This document shows positions 19,324-29,486 of a stretch of 64,000 nt of DNA, in pieces (positions within the stretch are counted from its first letter, which is position 1; every line of letters starts with the position of its first letter). Under the pieces are notes generated by a model, which saw only the letters and a program-made list of their open reading frames with translations, did not search any database and had not been told where the DNA came from. Source of the stretch: an uncultured Candidatus Saccharibacteria bacterium (GTDB lineage Bacteria; Patescibacteriota; Dojkabacteria; J137); NCBI GenBank assembly GCA_965230975.1, contig OZ246402.1, positions 864,859-928,858 on the forward strand. Direction: 5' to 3'. Position numbers and translations under genes: made by a program.

Positions 19324-19721
19324 AACAGTAATAAATAATTAAATTAAATATGTTTTTATATTATTCTTTTTTTTTAACGACTTCAAGTGGTAGTGTTAAT
19401 TTTTTTTGGAAATCTATAATCAATACATCTCAAATCTTTGCCAATAAAGCTTTCGAGAATTTTATATAAACAAATCATTTGACAGATTTTACTCATGGCT
19501 AACATAGATTTTAATCTACAAATAAAAACAACGGTAACACTTACTAAAAAAGGAGACCAAAGGGTTTAACTCATATTTAAAAATTGATATATTAACAGGG
19601 TAATATTCCAATGAATTTAACAGACAAAGTTTTAATTTTGTATTAAATGTATATTTAATCTTTTTTTACGCTAAAATTTAAACTATTAACTCACAAAAAA
19701 CTTCTTCTATCACTTCTTGCG

Positions 19722-22700
19722 TTGTTTACTCTTCTAGCCCTGGCTTTTTCAAATTTAGTATTTGCTGCTACCAAAACTTGGGATGGAGGAGGCGCAAATA
19801 ATAATTGGAGTACTTGTGCTAATTGGAACTTAGATACTTGCCCTGCAGCAGGCGATACCGTTGTGTTTGATGGTACAAGCTCAAAGGATGTAACAGTAGA
19901 TGCAGGGTTTGCAGGTACAATTGCAGTTGTTCAAATGAATACAGGTTATAGCGGAACAATTACTTTAGCTAGAAGTTTTACAGTTACATCCACATTTACC
20001 CAATCGGCTGGAATATTTAATGGTAGCAACCAAACAATGAGTGTTACTGGTACATTTACTTTAAACAGTGGTGCATCTTTTACATCTACATCTGGAACTT
20101 TAACCTTGTCAGGAAGTGCAACAATTAATTCGGCTGCTACATTTAATAATAATGGAGGAATAGTTACTTTTGCAGGAACAGGAACAGTAACTTGGGCTTG
20201 TGGAAACAAAACGTTTAATAGTGTTGTAATTAATAGAACTGCTACCGGAGTAAACTCTGCAACAGTTGGGAGTGACTGTACATTACCATTAGGTGCTAAC
20301 CCTACAGTAAACCTTGGTACACAAGGTACATTTAATATAAACGGAACTTTAAGTGGTAGTGGGACACTTACAATTGATCCTGAAGCTACTGGATTTACAT
20401 TAGCATCTACTTCTGTATTAAATGGCTTTAATGGATTAATCTCACCTGGAGTTAGTAGCATTACTGGCTTGAATGCTGACTTTAGCTCTTATACAACATT
20501 CAATCTAACCGGAAGTTTGGGCATGACTTTAAGTACAGGTGCTAGTATTACCCTACCTGTTGGGACTGGGACCGGGATTAACCTTGCCTCACTTACTGTA
20601 AATACAGGAACTACCTTTAATTCGACATCTGGTACTTTAAATATTACAGGTTCTACGACTATTAACTCTGGGGCTACTTTTAATCATAACAGTGGAATCG
20701 TTACATTTACAGGGACGGGTAATGCAACTTTAACATGTGGAAATAAAACATTTAATAGTGTTGTAATTAATAGAACTGCAAGCGGAGTGAACTCTTTTTC
20801 TATTGGTGGCGATTGCAACTTACCTATAGGTGCCAACCCTACTATAAACTTAGGTGTCAATACACAGTTTACAATGAGTGGAATACTATCTGGGACCGGT
20901 ACATTAACAATCGACCCAGACATCACATCACTAGCTTTTGCTTCTACAACTAGCTTAAGTGGGTTTAATGGATTTGTATCACCTGGAATCACGACCATAA
21001 CTGGTATGAATGCTGACTTTAGCTCTTATACGACATTCAATCTAACTGGAAGCTTAGGCATGACTTTAAGTACAGGTGCAAGTATTACCCTACCTGTTGG
21101 GACTGGTACTGGCATCAACATTGGTGCTTTGACAGTAAACACAGGAACAGCATTTACATCTAGCAGCGGGAATATTAATGTTGCATCATCAATGACAATT
21201 AACTCTGGAGCAACTTTTAATCATAATAACGGCTCTATAACTTTTAATGGTACAGGTAATACAACCTTGGCATGTGGTAGTAAACTACTTAATAGCGTTA
21301 CTATCAACAAATCTTTCACCAGCAATTTAACATTTACCGTGGGCAGTGACTGTACATTACCTATTGGATCTTCTCCAACAATCAGCTTGGGAACAAACGG
21401 TACTTTAAACATGAATGGCACATTAACTGGGTCAGGGACATTGACTATCGACCCAGATCTAACCAGTGTAGCTTTTACCTCTACCTCTGTACTTAGCGGA
21501 TTTAATGGATTTGTATCTCCTGGAATTAGCAGTATAACCGGTATGAACGCAGACTTTAGTGGGTATACAACCTTTAACCTAACTGGTGGATTTTCTACTT
21601 CCTTAAGCACAGGTGCTAGTTTAACTCTTCCAGCTCCGACTGGGACAGGAATAAACATAGGTGCACTAACTATAAATACCGGCACTACTTTTACAGCAAG
21701 TCCTGGCATAATAAATTTATCTGCTGGACTTAGTATTAATAGTGGATCTACTTTCAATCACAACAATGGTACTTTGAATTTTAACGGGAGCTCAGATTTT
21801 TCAATAGCGTGTGGAAACAAGACCCTTAATCTTGTTACATTTAATATGACAGGTAACACTAATGATGTAACTATAGGTAGTGATTGTAATATTCCTCTTG
21901 GTAGTAATCCTAATGTAGCAATAGGTACTGTGGCTAATAATAACTTAGTAGTTAATGGTACATTATCAGGTTCTGGTACACTAACTTTTCCAGTCGCAAC
22001 AAGTAGTGTAACTATAAATTCGACAGGTGCTTTATCAGGATTTACAGGCCTTTCTGGCAGAAGTTTAACAATTGCTGGGGCAACAATAGACTTTAGCTCT
22101 TTTTCGCCTTTTGACCTTGGCGGATCATTAAACATAACATCCGGTAGCATTACACTTCCAAGTACAGTTGCGGTTGCATCAGCAAGCGTCTCTGGAGGTA
22201 CCTTTAACTCTGGTAATAGTTTATCTGTTTCGGGTGCTATGACAATATCAGGGGGTACTTTCAATGCAGGGGCACTTACTAGTGTGGGGGATAACTTTAC
22301 AGTAAGCGGAACTCCAATTTTTAATGCAAATGGAGGTGAATTTAACTTTTATGGTGTTTCTGCTGCTTTAAGTTGCAATAATATAACTTTTGGAAGTGTA
22401 ACCTTTACTGGACAAACTCAAACAAAGACTGTAAATAGTACTTGTACTTTACCATTAGGTAATAACCCTACAATTCCGCAAGCAATTACATTAAACGGTG
22501 TTTTAACAGGAACGGGAACATTGACCAATACTGCAGGTACAATTACAGCAAATACAGGTTCAAATATTACAGGCTTTACAGGATTTTCGAGTGGAGGGGC
22601 ATTGACTATTGCAGGCGCAAATATAGACTTTAGTTCTCACACATCTACAAGCATAGCAAGCAACCTTACATTAACATCGGGTAGTTTTATTGGAGGGAGC

Positions 22701-25700
22701 GCTGGAGATATGACAATTGGTGGAAATCTAGCACTTTCAAATGGGACATTTACAGCTCCTGGTGGAAATCTTTATATAGCAGGAAATTTTAACCATACAT
22801 CTGGAACATTCAACCACAATAACGGTACGGTAAATTTAAATGGAGGTAATCAAACAATTACAGGTACTACAACATTTTATAATCTAACAAAAGAGGTAAC
22901 TACAGCTAACACCTATATTTTGACAATACCAGTTACTGTCACTCAAACAATACTAAATAATTTAACCTTAAGGGGTAATAGTACATTAAATAGATTACAA
23001 CTAAGATCTAGTGGAACTCCTACTCAATATAAAATAGACCCGCAAGGTAGCAGAGACATGCTTTATATAGATGCGAAAGATGGTAATAATGTTAATGCAT
23101 CATCTTTGCAACTTGCAGGGACAGGTAGTTTAGACAGTGGTAACAATACAAACTTTGGGTTTACAAACACAGCACCTGATAACCCTACTTCACTAGGGCC
23201 AGTTAGCGTAGTAAGTGGTAATTCAATTGCGTCTTACACACCTAGCTTTACCTTTACCATTAGGGACACTGCTAACCCACTAGATACATTATCTTATCGA
23301 TTTCAGCTTTCCACATCCAGCGATTTTACAGGTTTAGTTGTTGACTATTCTTCTGCTCAATCTACGCAAGGTTCTAAAACATTCACCGTAGGGCAGGCAG
23401 TAGGGACTGGAACCTATACAGTTGGAAGTTCTGGACAATCTTTATCTGTAGGTAGTTATTACTGGAGAGTAAAATCTACAGATCAAAATGCAGCAGAATC
23501 TGCTTATACAACAGCAAATAGTGGCAATATAGCTTTCTTTATATCTGGCGCACCAAACAATCCATCTTCTTTAGGTCCAACCAGTTATGTAAACGGAAGT
23601 ATAGGAAGCAATACCCAACCAACCTTGACATTTAGTATTACTGACCCAGACATAGGAGATACTGTTAAATATAAAATTGAAATATCAAGTGTAAGTAACT
23701 TTAGTAGTTTAGTTGTAGATTACACATCTGCATTGCAAACTCAAGGTTCAACTAGTTTTACAATAGGACAAGCAGCAGGTAGTGGTACTTATTCTTCAGG
23801 TAATGCAGGACAATCACTTACAAGTGGGAGTTATTATTGGAGGGTAAAAGCTATAGATGTTTCTTTAGTAGAATCAGGATACACAACAGCAAATAGTGGA
23901 AACATTGCATTCATTGTAAATGCGATTCCTAATGCTCCAACAAACCTAGGTCCAACATCTGTTATAGATGGAAGTACTACTGTTAATAACCAACCATCCT
24001 TTACATTTGATATTTCTGACAGTGATGTATCAGATACAGTTAAATATCAAATTCAAATTGATGATTCTAGCAATTTTGCATCTCCAGTTATTACATATAC
24101 ATCTGCATTATCAGTACAAGGAAGCTTTTCGTTTACAGTTGGGCAGGCTGCTGGAACAGGTACTTATAGCGTAGGAAGTTCGGGACAAACTTTAAGTAAT
24201 GCCAGTTACTATTGGAGAGTTAGATCTACAGATAATAATAATTTGGTATCTTCTTATACAACAGCAAATAGTGGCAATATAGCTTTCTCTATTGGTGGAT
24301 ACCCTAATATACCAAGCAATCTAGGGCCTTCAAATATGATAGATGCGAGTGTAACAACAGACAATCAACCATCTTTAACCTTTGATATTACTGACCCAGA
24401 TGCATTAGATACAGTTAAATACCAAATTCAAATTGATGATACTAGCAACTTTACAACTCCTATTATAGATTACGTTTCTGATTTACAAGCGCAAGGAACA
24501 AAAACTTTTACGATTGGCCAACCAGTAGGAACTGGGACATATAATATTGGAACTGAGGGTCAACTTTTAAACTCTGATAGATATTATTGGAGAGTAAAAG
24601 CAATTGATCAAACTAGTTTAGAATCTAGCTATGTAACAGGTGGAACTGGCTTTGAGGTGACACAAATACCATATGTTCCATCAGGATTAGGCCCTAGCAA
24701 CTTAGTAGATGGAAGTACTTCAACAGATATTACACCAACACTAACATTTACAATTGGTGACCCCGATATTTCGGATAGTGTTAAATATAATATTGTAGTC
24801 TCTAGTACAAGTGATTACACATCATTAGTAGCCAATTTTACATCCGCAAATTTATCTCAAGGTTTTAAATCATATACAACTGCTGGCTTAGCAAGTGGTA
24901 GTTATTATTGGAAAGTTAGAACTATTGATCAAAATAATATAGCTTCTGATTTTACTTTAGCAAATAATGGGAATGTTGCATTTGTTATTGCGACCCCACC
25001 AAATAACCCTAACAGTTTAGGACCAACAGGGTTAGTTAATGGAAGTACAACAACAGATACTCAACCTCAATTTACATTTACCTTACACGATAACGATGTG
25101 TCTGATACAGTAAAGTATCAACTACAACTATCAACCGTCAGTAATTTTAGTAGTTTGGTAATTGACTACTCATCTGCACTTCAAGCACAAGGCGCAACTA
25201 GTTTTACAGTAGGGCAGGTAGCCGGCTTGGGAACTTATACCGTAGGGTCTGCTGGGCAAACATTAACCTCTAATAATTACTATTGGAGAGTTATGGCTAC
25301 AGACTCAACAGGATTAACATCAAGCTTTACAACCGCAAGATCTGGTTCAATAGCATTTGTTGTAAGTCAAACACCAAATTCACCTGCAAATCTTGGGCCT
25401 ACAAATGTAATTGACGGGTCTGTAAATAGCAATACTCAGCCATCATTTAGCTTTGACATCACAGACCCAGACATTTCTGATCAAGTTAAATATCAAATCC
25501 AGATTGATGATTCTAGTAATTTTGCTTCTCCTGTTGTTACATATACATCTGTATTGCAAACTCAAGGGAGTGCTACATTTACTGTAGGGCAAGCTACCGG
25601 CAGTGGAACTTATTCAGCTGGATCAGCCGGGCAAACGATTGGCAATGCAAGCTATTACTGGCGAGTTAAAACAGTAGATGCCCATGGTTTAGAATCTAGC

Positions 25701-28412
25701 TATTCAACAGCAAATAGTGGAAATATAGCTTTTGAAATAGGAGGGCTTCCTAATGCACCTACTAACCTTGGCCCTTCAAATTTAGTTGATGGAAGTTTAT
25801 CAGGTGGTTCGCAACCTACACTAACTTTTAGCATTACGGATCCAGATATTTCTGACCAAGTTAAATATCAAATTCAGATAGATGATTCAAGTAATTTTGC
25901 ATCTTTAGTTATAGATTACACATCGGATTTACAAGATCAAGGATCTGCCAGTTTTACAGTAGGCCAAGCTGCCGGAAGTGGAACATATGCTGTTGGAGCA
26001 GAAGGCCAAAACTTAACTTCGGGCAACTATTATTGGAGAGTTAAAACCATAGACCAAAATACAAATCAATCAAGTTACACAACAGCAAGAAGTGGGAGTG
26101 TAGCATTTGTACTAAGTCAAAGTCCTAACGCACCTGCTAGCTTAGGTCCTACAAACCTTATTAATGGAAGCATCGATTCAGATACAACCCCAACGCTTAC
26201 ATTTAATTTATCCGACCCAGATGCATCAGATACGGTAAGATTTCAAATACAAATAGATAATAATAGCGACTTCAGCTCTCCACTTGTAAACTATACATCT
26301 GGCACATCAAGTCAAGGGGCAAGATCATTTACCGTAGGGCAAGCAGTAGGTACGGGGTCATATTCAACTGGCAACTCAGGCCAGGTGCTTTTAAGCAATA
26401 ATTATTACTGGAGAGTTAAAACAATAGATAGTCATGGACTTGAATCATCTTATACAGTAGCAAATGGAGGTAATATCGCTTTTGAAATTACATCACCTCC
26501 AGACTTACCACAAAACATTGGTCCAGCATCTGTCACAAATGGATCTACCTTAACATCTCCTCAGCCATCGTTTATATTTGACCTTTCAGATTCTGATGCA
26601 TTTGACTTAGTTCAATACCAATTTCAACTTTCAACAATTAGCGACTTCAGTACTTTAATAATTGACTATACATCCGAACTGCAAATTCAAGATGCAGAAC
26701 AATTTATAGTTGGACAACCTGCAGGAAGCGGAACTTATACAATTGGTAACCAAGGGCAAACCTTATCTTCTGCTAGCTACTATTGGAGAGTCAGAACAAT
26801 AGATGAAAAAGGATTAATATCTAATTTTAAAGTCGCAAATTCAGGAAATGTAGCATTTAAGATTACTCAAAACCCTTTTGTGCCTTCAGATTTAGGACCA
26901 AATACTTATACTCAAGGCAGCTCATCAACAGATACTACACCTACATTCAATTTTACTTTGGGAGACCCAGATATTTCAGATACTTTAAGATACCAAATTC
27001 AAGTTGCCGATAATAGTAGCTTTAGCTCTTTGTTGGTTGATTACACCTCAAGCTTACAATCTCAAGGCTATAAGACATTTACGGTGGGGCAGGCAACTAG
27101 CGGAGGTTCTTATGCAAAAGGTTCTGTTGGTCAAAATTTATCTGCAGGCAATTTTTACTGGAGAGTGAGGACTATAGACCAAGGTGGAATAACATCAGAA
27201 TACTCACTCTCCAATTCTGGTAATATTGCATTTGTATTATCTACACCAGTTACAACACCTGTTGAGACCACAACGGATGTAACACCTGAACCTTTACCTG
27301 AAACACCGGTAGAAGAACCTACTAGCTACCCCGAACAACAAGGTGGTGAAGAAACTGATAGTGAAACTGATTCCGAAAATACTAGCACACAAAACCAACC
27401 TAATAACTTTGTATCTGCAATAATTGAAAATATATTTCCTACTAGCTATGCTGGTGTCTTTACGCCATTTATTAAAAGCATTTCGGATATTGTAAATTTA
27501 GACATTCAAATTGATCCGGAGAACGTATCGAGTGAAGACAAAGGAATTTTAATAGTTGCAACTGCCGTTGTTTCTTCTGCAGTAATATCATCTCCAACCA
27601 TATTGCTATACGGGCTTCCTGTTTTTAAAAGATCTAGAAAGAGAACTTGGGGAGTGATTTATGATTATATAACCAACCAGCCAATTGCATTTGCAACAAT
27701 AAGACTTTACAACAAAGATGGAGAATTTATAGAGCAGGGAATATCTGATATTTACGGTAGGTACAAACTTCTTCAAAGTAAAGGAAATTACAAGATAGAA
27801 GTTTTGCACTCAGATTTTGAAAAAAAATATATTTATATAACTTTAAACTCTGAACAAAGTATTGGATTAGATATTGCTTTAAATAAAAACGAAAATAAAA
27901 AGGTTAATTTACTTAACTCTATTAATATTGCTAGGCGATTTATTCAACAAAATTATTTAAAGATAAATACCCTTCTTTTCTTTTTAGGATCAATCTTCTC
28001 TTTAGTTTCGATTATTAATAATCCAAATATAGTAAATTTAATAGTTTTAATTTTATTTATAATTCAGATTATAAAAATTAGATACACTAGTATATTTGTT
28101 AAAGATTGGGGTTATGTTTATAACGCCAATACAAACCAACCAATACCAGGTGTAATAGTAAGAGTATATGATAGAGTTGATCAAACATTGAAAGATACAA
28201 TTATTACAGATTCTAAAGGTAGATTTAAATTTAATTTACCTAAGGGTAATTATAACTTAATGATTGTTTCAGACCAATATAATTTGTCAGATAGGTTTAA
28301 ATCTTCGCAAATTATTACAAAATCGGAATCAGGCAAAGAATTTATACAGCTAAATACAAAATCAGATTTTAAAATTAATTTAAAGTTAAGTTTAGTAAAA
28401 AAAACTGCGTAA
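19722..28412 (+). CDS. giant repeat-containing surface protein, 2,896 aa (signal peptide, 4 x 180-aa repeats, 11 x FN3-like repeats, C-terminal double TM/CarboxypepD_reg-like anchor)
   Basis: Single uninterrupted ORF. The apparent start is TTG at 19722; there is no in-frame ATG upstream back to the stop at 19656. N-terminal hydrophobic FTLLALAFSNLVFAA. FN3-like repeats have conserved YYWRVKxxD and GNIAF motifs. C-terminus has 2 x (TM + WGxIYDxxTNQPI...GxYKL beta-sandwich). Confidence 0.8.
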   Translation: MFTLLALAFSNLVFAATKTWDGGGANNNWSTCANWNLDTCPAAGDTVVFDGTSSKDVTVDAGFAGTIAVVQMNTGYSGTITLARSFTVTSTFTQSAGIFNGSNQTMSVTGTFTLNSGASFTSTSGTLTLSGSATINSAATFNNNGGIVTFAGTGTVTWACGNKTFNSVVINRTATGVNSATVGSDCTLPLGANPTVNLGTQGTFNINGTLSGSGTLTIDPEATGFTLASTSVLNGFNGLISPGVSSITGLNADFSSYTTFNLTGSLGMTLSTGASITLPVGTGTGINLASLTVNTGTTFNSTSGTLNITGSTTINSGATFNHNSGIVTFTGTGNATLTCGNKTFNSVVINRTASGVNSFSIGGDCNLPIGANPTINLGVNTQFTMSGILSGTGTLTIDPDITSLAFASTTSLSGFNGFVSPGITTITGMNADFSSYTTFNLTGSLGMTLSTGASITLPVGTGTGINIGALTVNTGTAFTSSSGNINVASSMTINSGATFNHNNGSITFNGTGNTTLACGSKLLNSVTINKSFTSNLTFTVGSDCTLPIGSSPTISLGTNGTLNMNGTLTGSGTLTIDPDLTSVAFTSTSVLSGFNGFVSPGISSITGMNADFSGYTTFNLTGGFSTSLSTGASLTLPAPTGTGINIGALTINTGTTFTASPGIINLSAGLSINSGSTFNHNNGTLNFNGSSDFSIACGNKTLNLVTFNMTGNTNDVTIGSDCNIPLGSNPNVAIGTVANNNLVVNGTLSGSGTLTFPVATSSVTINSTGALSGFTGLSGRSLTIAGATIDFSSFSPFDLGGSLNITSGSITLPSTVAVASASVSGGTFNSGNSLSVSGAMTISGGTFNAGALTSVGDNFTVSGTPIFNANGGEFNFYGVSAALSCNNITFGSVTFTGQTQTKTVNSTCTLPLGNNPTIPQAITLNGVLTGTGTLTNTAGTITANTGSNITGFTGFSSGGALTIAGANIDFSSHTSTSIASNLTLTSGSFIGGSAGDMTIGGNLALSNGTFTAPGGNLYIAGNFNHTSGTFNHNNGTVNLNGGNQTITGTTTFYNLTKEVTTANTYILTIPVTVTQTILNNLTLRGNSTLNRLQLRSSGTPTQYKIDPQGSRDMLYIDAKDGNNVNASSLQLAGTGSLDSGNNTNFGFTNTAPDNPTSLGPVSVVSGNSIASYTPSFTFTIRDTANPLDTLSYRFQLSTSSDFTGLVVDYSSAQSTQGSKTFTVGQAVGTGTYTVGSSGQSLSVGSYYWRVKSTDQNAAESAYTTANSGNIAFFISGAPNNPSSLGPTSYVNGSIGSNTQPTLTFSITDPDIGDTVKYKIEISSVSNFSSLVVDYTSALQTQGSTSFTIGQAAGSGTYSSGNAGQSLTSGSYYWRVKAIDVSLVESGYTTANSGNIAFIVNAIPNAPTNLGPTSVIDGSTTVNNQPSFTFDISDSDVSDTVKYQIQIDDSSNFASPVITYTSALSVQGSFSFTVGQAAGTGTYSVGSSGQTLSNASYYWRVRSTDNNNLVSSYTTANSGNIAFSIGGYPNIPSNLGPSNMIDASVTTDNQPSLTFDITDPDALDTVKYQIQIDDTSNFTTPIIDYVSDLQAQGTKTFTIGQPVGTGTYNIGTEGQLLNSDRYYWRVKAIDQTSLESSYVTGGTGFEVTQIPYVPSGLGPSNLVDGSTSTDITPTLTFTIGDPDISDSVKYNIVVSSTSDYTSLVANFTSANLSQGFKSYTTAGLASGSYYWKVRTIDQNNIASDFTLANNGNVAFVIATPPNNPNSLGPTGLVNGSTTTDTQPQFTFTLHDNDVSDTVKYQLQLSTVSNFSSLVIDYSSALQAQGATSFTVGQVAGLGTYTVGSAGQTLTSNNYYWRVMATDSTGLTSSFTTARSGSIAFVVSQTPNSPANLGPTNVIDGSVNSNTQPSFSFDITDPDISDQVKYQIQIDDSSNFASPVVTYTSVLQTQGSATFTVGQATGSGTYSAGSAGQTIGNASYYWRVKTVDAHGLESSYSTANSGNIAFEIGGLPNAPTNLGPSNLVDGSLSGGSQPTLTFSITDPDISDQVKYQIQIDDSSNFASLVIDYTSDLQDQGSASFTVGQAAGSGTYAVGAEGQNLTSGNYYWRVKTIDQNTNQSSYTTARSGSVAFVLSQSPNAPASLGPTNLINGSIDSDTTPTLTFNLSDPDASDTVRFQIQIDNNSDFSSPLVNYTSGTSSQGARSFTVGQAVGTGSYSTGNSGQVLLSNNYYWRVKTIDSHGLESSYTVANGGNIAFEITSPPDLPQNIGPASVTNGSTLTSPQPSFIFDLSDSDAFDLVQYQFQLSTISDFSTLIIDYTSELQIQDAEQFIVGQPAGSGTYTIGNQGQTLSSASYYWRVRTIDEKGLISNFKVANSGNVAFKITQNPFVPSDLGPNTYTQGSSSTDTTPTFNFTLGDPDISDTLRYQIQVADNSSFSSLLVDYTSSLQSQGYKTFTVGQATSGGSYAKGSVGQNLSAGNFYWRVRTIDQGGITSEYSLSNSGNIAFVLSTPVTTPVETTTDVTPEPLPETPVEEPTSYPEQQGGEETDSETDSENTSTQNQPNNFVSAIIENIFPTSYAGVFTPFIKSISDIVNLDIQIDPENVSSEDKGILIVATAVVSSAVISSPTILLYGLPVFKRSRKRTWGVIYDYITNQPIAFATIRLYNKDGEFIEQGISDIYGRYKLLQSKGNYKIEVLHSDFEKKYIYITLNSEQSIGLDIALNKNENKKVNLLNSINIARRFIQQNYLKINTLLFFLGSIFSLVSIINNPNIVNLIVLILFIIQIIKIRYTSIFVKDWGYVYNANTNQPIPGVIVRVYDRVDQTLKDTIITDSKGRFKFNLPKGNYNLMIVSDQYNLSDRFKSSQIITKSESGKEFIQLNTKSDFKINLKLSLVKKTA
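20090..22260 (+). repeat. four tandem coding repeats of about 540 nt (180 aa) in the giant gene
   Basis: Recurring xTFNHNxGxVTFxGTGxxTxxCGNKTFNSVVINRT...SDCxLPxGxNPT...GxLSGSGTLTIDP...SGFNGxxSPGxxSITGMNADFSxYTTFNLTG. A core of about 115 nt is about 93% identical between units 1 and 2 (20466-20580 vs 21003-21117). Confidence 0.7.
23176..27240 (+). repeat. eleven tandem FN3-like coding repeats of about 370 nt (123 aa) in the giant gene
   Basis: Eleven occurrences of (Y/F)YW(R/K)V(K/R/M)(A/S/T)xD, each preceded by PxxPxxLGP...QP(S/T)(L/F)TF and followed by ANSGNIAF. This is an FN3-like Y-x-R-V-x-A pattern. Confidence 0.7.
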
Positions 28413-28436
28413 ACCCTAAAGTAATACGCAGTTTTC
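28396..28436. terminator. bidirectional intrinsic terminator between the giant gene (+) and the csp gene (-)
   Basis: AAAAAAAACTGCGTA-loop-TACGCAGTTTT. The stem overlaps the TAA stop of the giant gene. The A8 run gives a U8 tract for the convergent minus-strand gene. Confidence 0.6.
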
Positions 28437-28459
28437 AAATTCAAAGATTAAGCAACTAC

Positions 28460-28753
28460 TTATTCTTCTGTTTCTTCTTCAGATTCAGTAGTTGTAGTTT
28501 CATCTTCAGTTTGTTGTTCAGCTTTAGTTTCATCAACTGTATCTTCAACTAATTTTATTTCCACTGCGCTTAAACCTCTGTCTGTTTTAGCAATGTTAAA
28601 TGTTACCTTATCTCCTTCAAATAAGCCTCTATCTGCTAAAGTGCCTTTTAAACTACTCTTATGAAAAAATATATCTTTTTTATCTGGAGTATCTTGTGTA
28701 GAAATAAAACCGTAACCTTCGATCCTGACTTTTTTGACTGTACCTTGAGCCAT
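28460..28753 (-). CDS. cold-shock domain protein with acidic C-terminal tail, 97 aa
   Basis: GTVKKVRIEGYGFIS...DIFFHKSSL...FEGDKVTFNI...GLSAVEI (CspA-type fold pattern), followed by ETKAEQQTEDETTTTESEEETEE. Confidence 0.75.
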   Translation of the reverse strand: MAQGTVKKVRIEGYGFISTQDTPDKKDIFFHKSSLKGTLADRGLFEGDKVTFNIAKTDRGLSAVEIKLVEDTVDETKAEQQTEDETTTTESEEETEE

Positions 28754-29021
28754 ACTAAACTTATAAAAAATATTTATAGGGAAAACTCGAAATAACTTTA
28801 AGATTATAAGAAGATTCTTACTATTATTTTAAGTATAGCACTTAACCTATTTAAACCATACTTTTTTAATAAATGAGACCTATAAGTTAGGGTGTTAAAA
28901 ATATCGACAACACTAATTTTAAATTAGTTTAAAAACGAATTATTAATACGATCAATTTTGACACTTTTGTTTTTTACTATAAAAGAGAGTACAATAAATT
29001 ATTAACCTTTATCTTATTTCC

Positions 29022-29486
29022 ATGGCCACCCTAATCTTATATAAAACTTTATGGGGTAGCACAAAACAATATGCAGAGTGGATTAAACAAGAGGTAGAAG
29101 AATCAAATATAGAAAATATTGAGAGTTATAGGTTTGATAATATTGAAGATTATGACAAGATAATTATTGGTAGTAGGGTTTACAAAAGCAATATAGAAGC
29201 TTTACCTTATATTCAAAAACATTGGGAGGTTTTATCAAAAAAACAAATCTATTTTTTTATGGTTGGGTTAATTCCTATGGATAAACCTGATTCAATAAAA
29301 TCTTTAAACTCCATACCAGAAAATATTAGAATGCAAATTAGTGGATTAATAAAATTGCCAGGTAGAATTGATTATTCCAAATTAAGCTTTTTAGATAAAC
29401 AACTGGTTAAGTTAATGGGAATTGGTGAAATAGATGGGGTAGATATATCTCACATAGCACCTATTGTTGATTGGGCAGCAAGATAG
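29022..29486 (+). CDS. flavodoxin-like fold protein, 154 aa
   Basis: MATLILYKTLWGSTKQYAEWI resembles the flavodoxin N-terminal phosphate-binding loop. Weak. Confidence 0.4.
   Translation: MATLILYKTLWGSTKQYAEWIKQEVEESNIENIESYRFDNIEDYDKIIIGSRVYKSNIEALPYIQKHWEVLSKKQIYFFMVGLIPMDKPDSIKSLNSIPENIRMQISGLIKLPGRIDYSKLSFLDKQLVKLMGIGEIDGVDISHIAPIVDWAAR

Noticed and set aside
19946-22264. Four minus-strand ORFs of 104-178 aa (19946..20461, 20684..20998, 21221..21757, 21758..22264) inside the giant gene
   Set aside because: They are antisense to a long coherent ORF in a repetitive, codon-biased region. Their Pro/Leu/Val-rich translations are typical antisense artefacts of Thr/Gly/Asn-rich coding repeats.
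23968-24174. 68-aa plus-strand ORF within the FN3-like repeat region
   Set aside because: Out-of-frame overlap with the giant gene; no independent support.
19722-28412. Considered whether the tandem repeats in this region could be a CRISPR array or a non-coding satellite
   Set aside because: Repeat units are 370-540 nt, imperfect, and maintain one long open reading frame. They are coding repeats, not a repeat-spacer architecture. No cas genes in the window.
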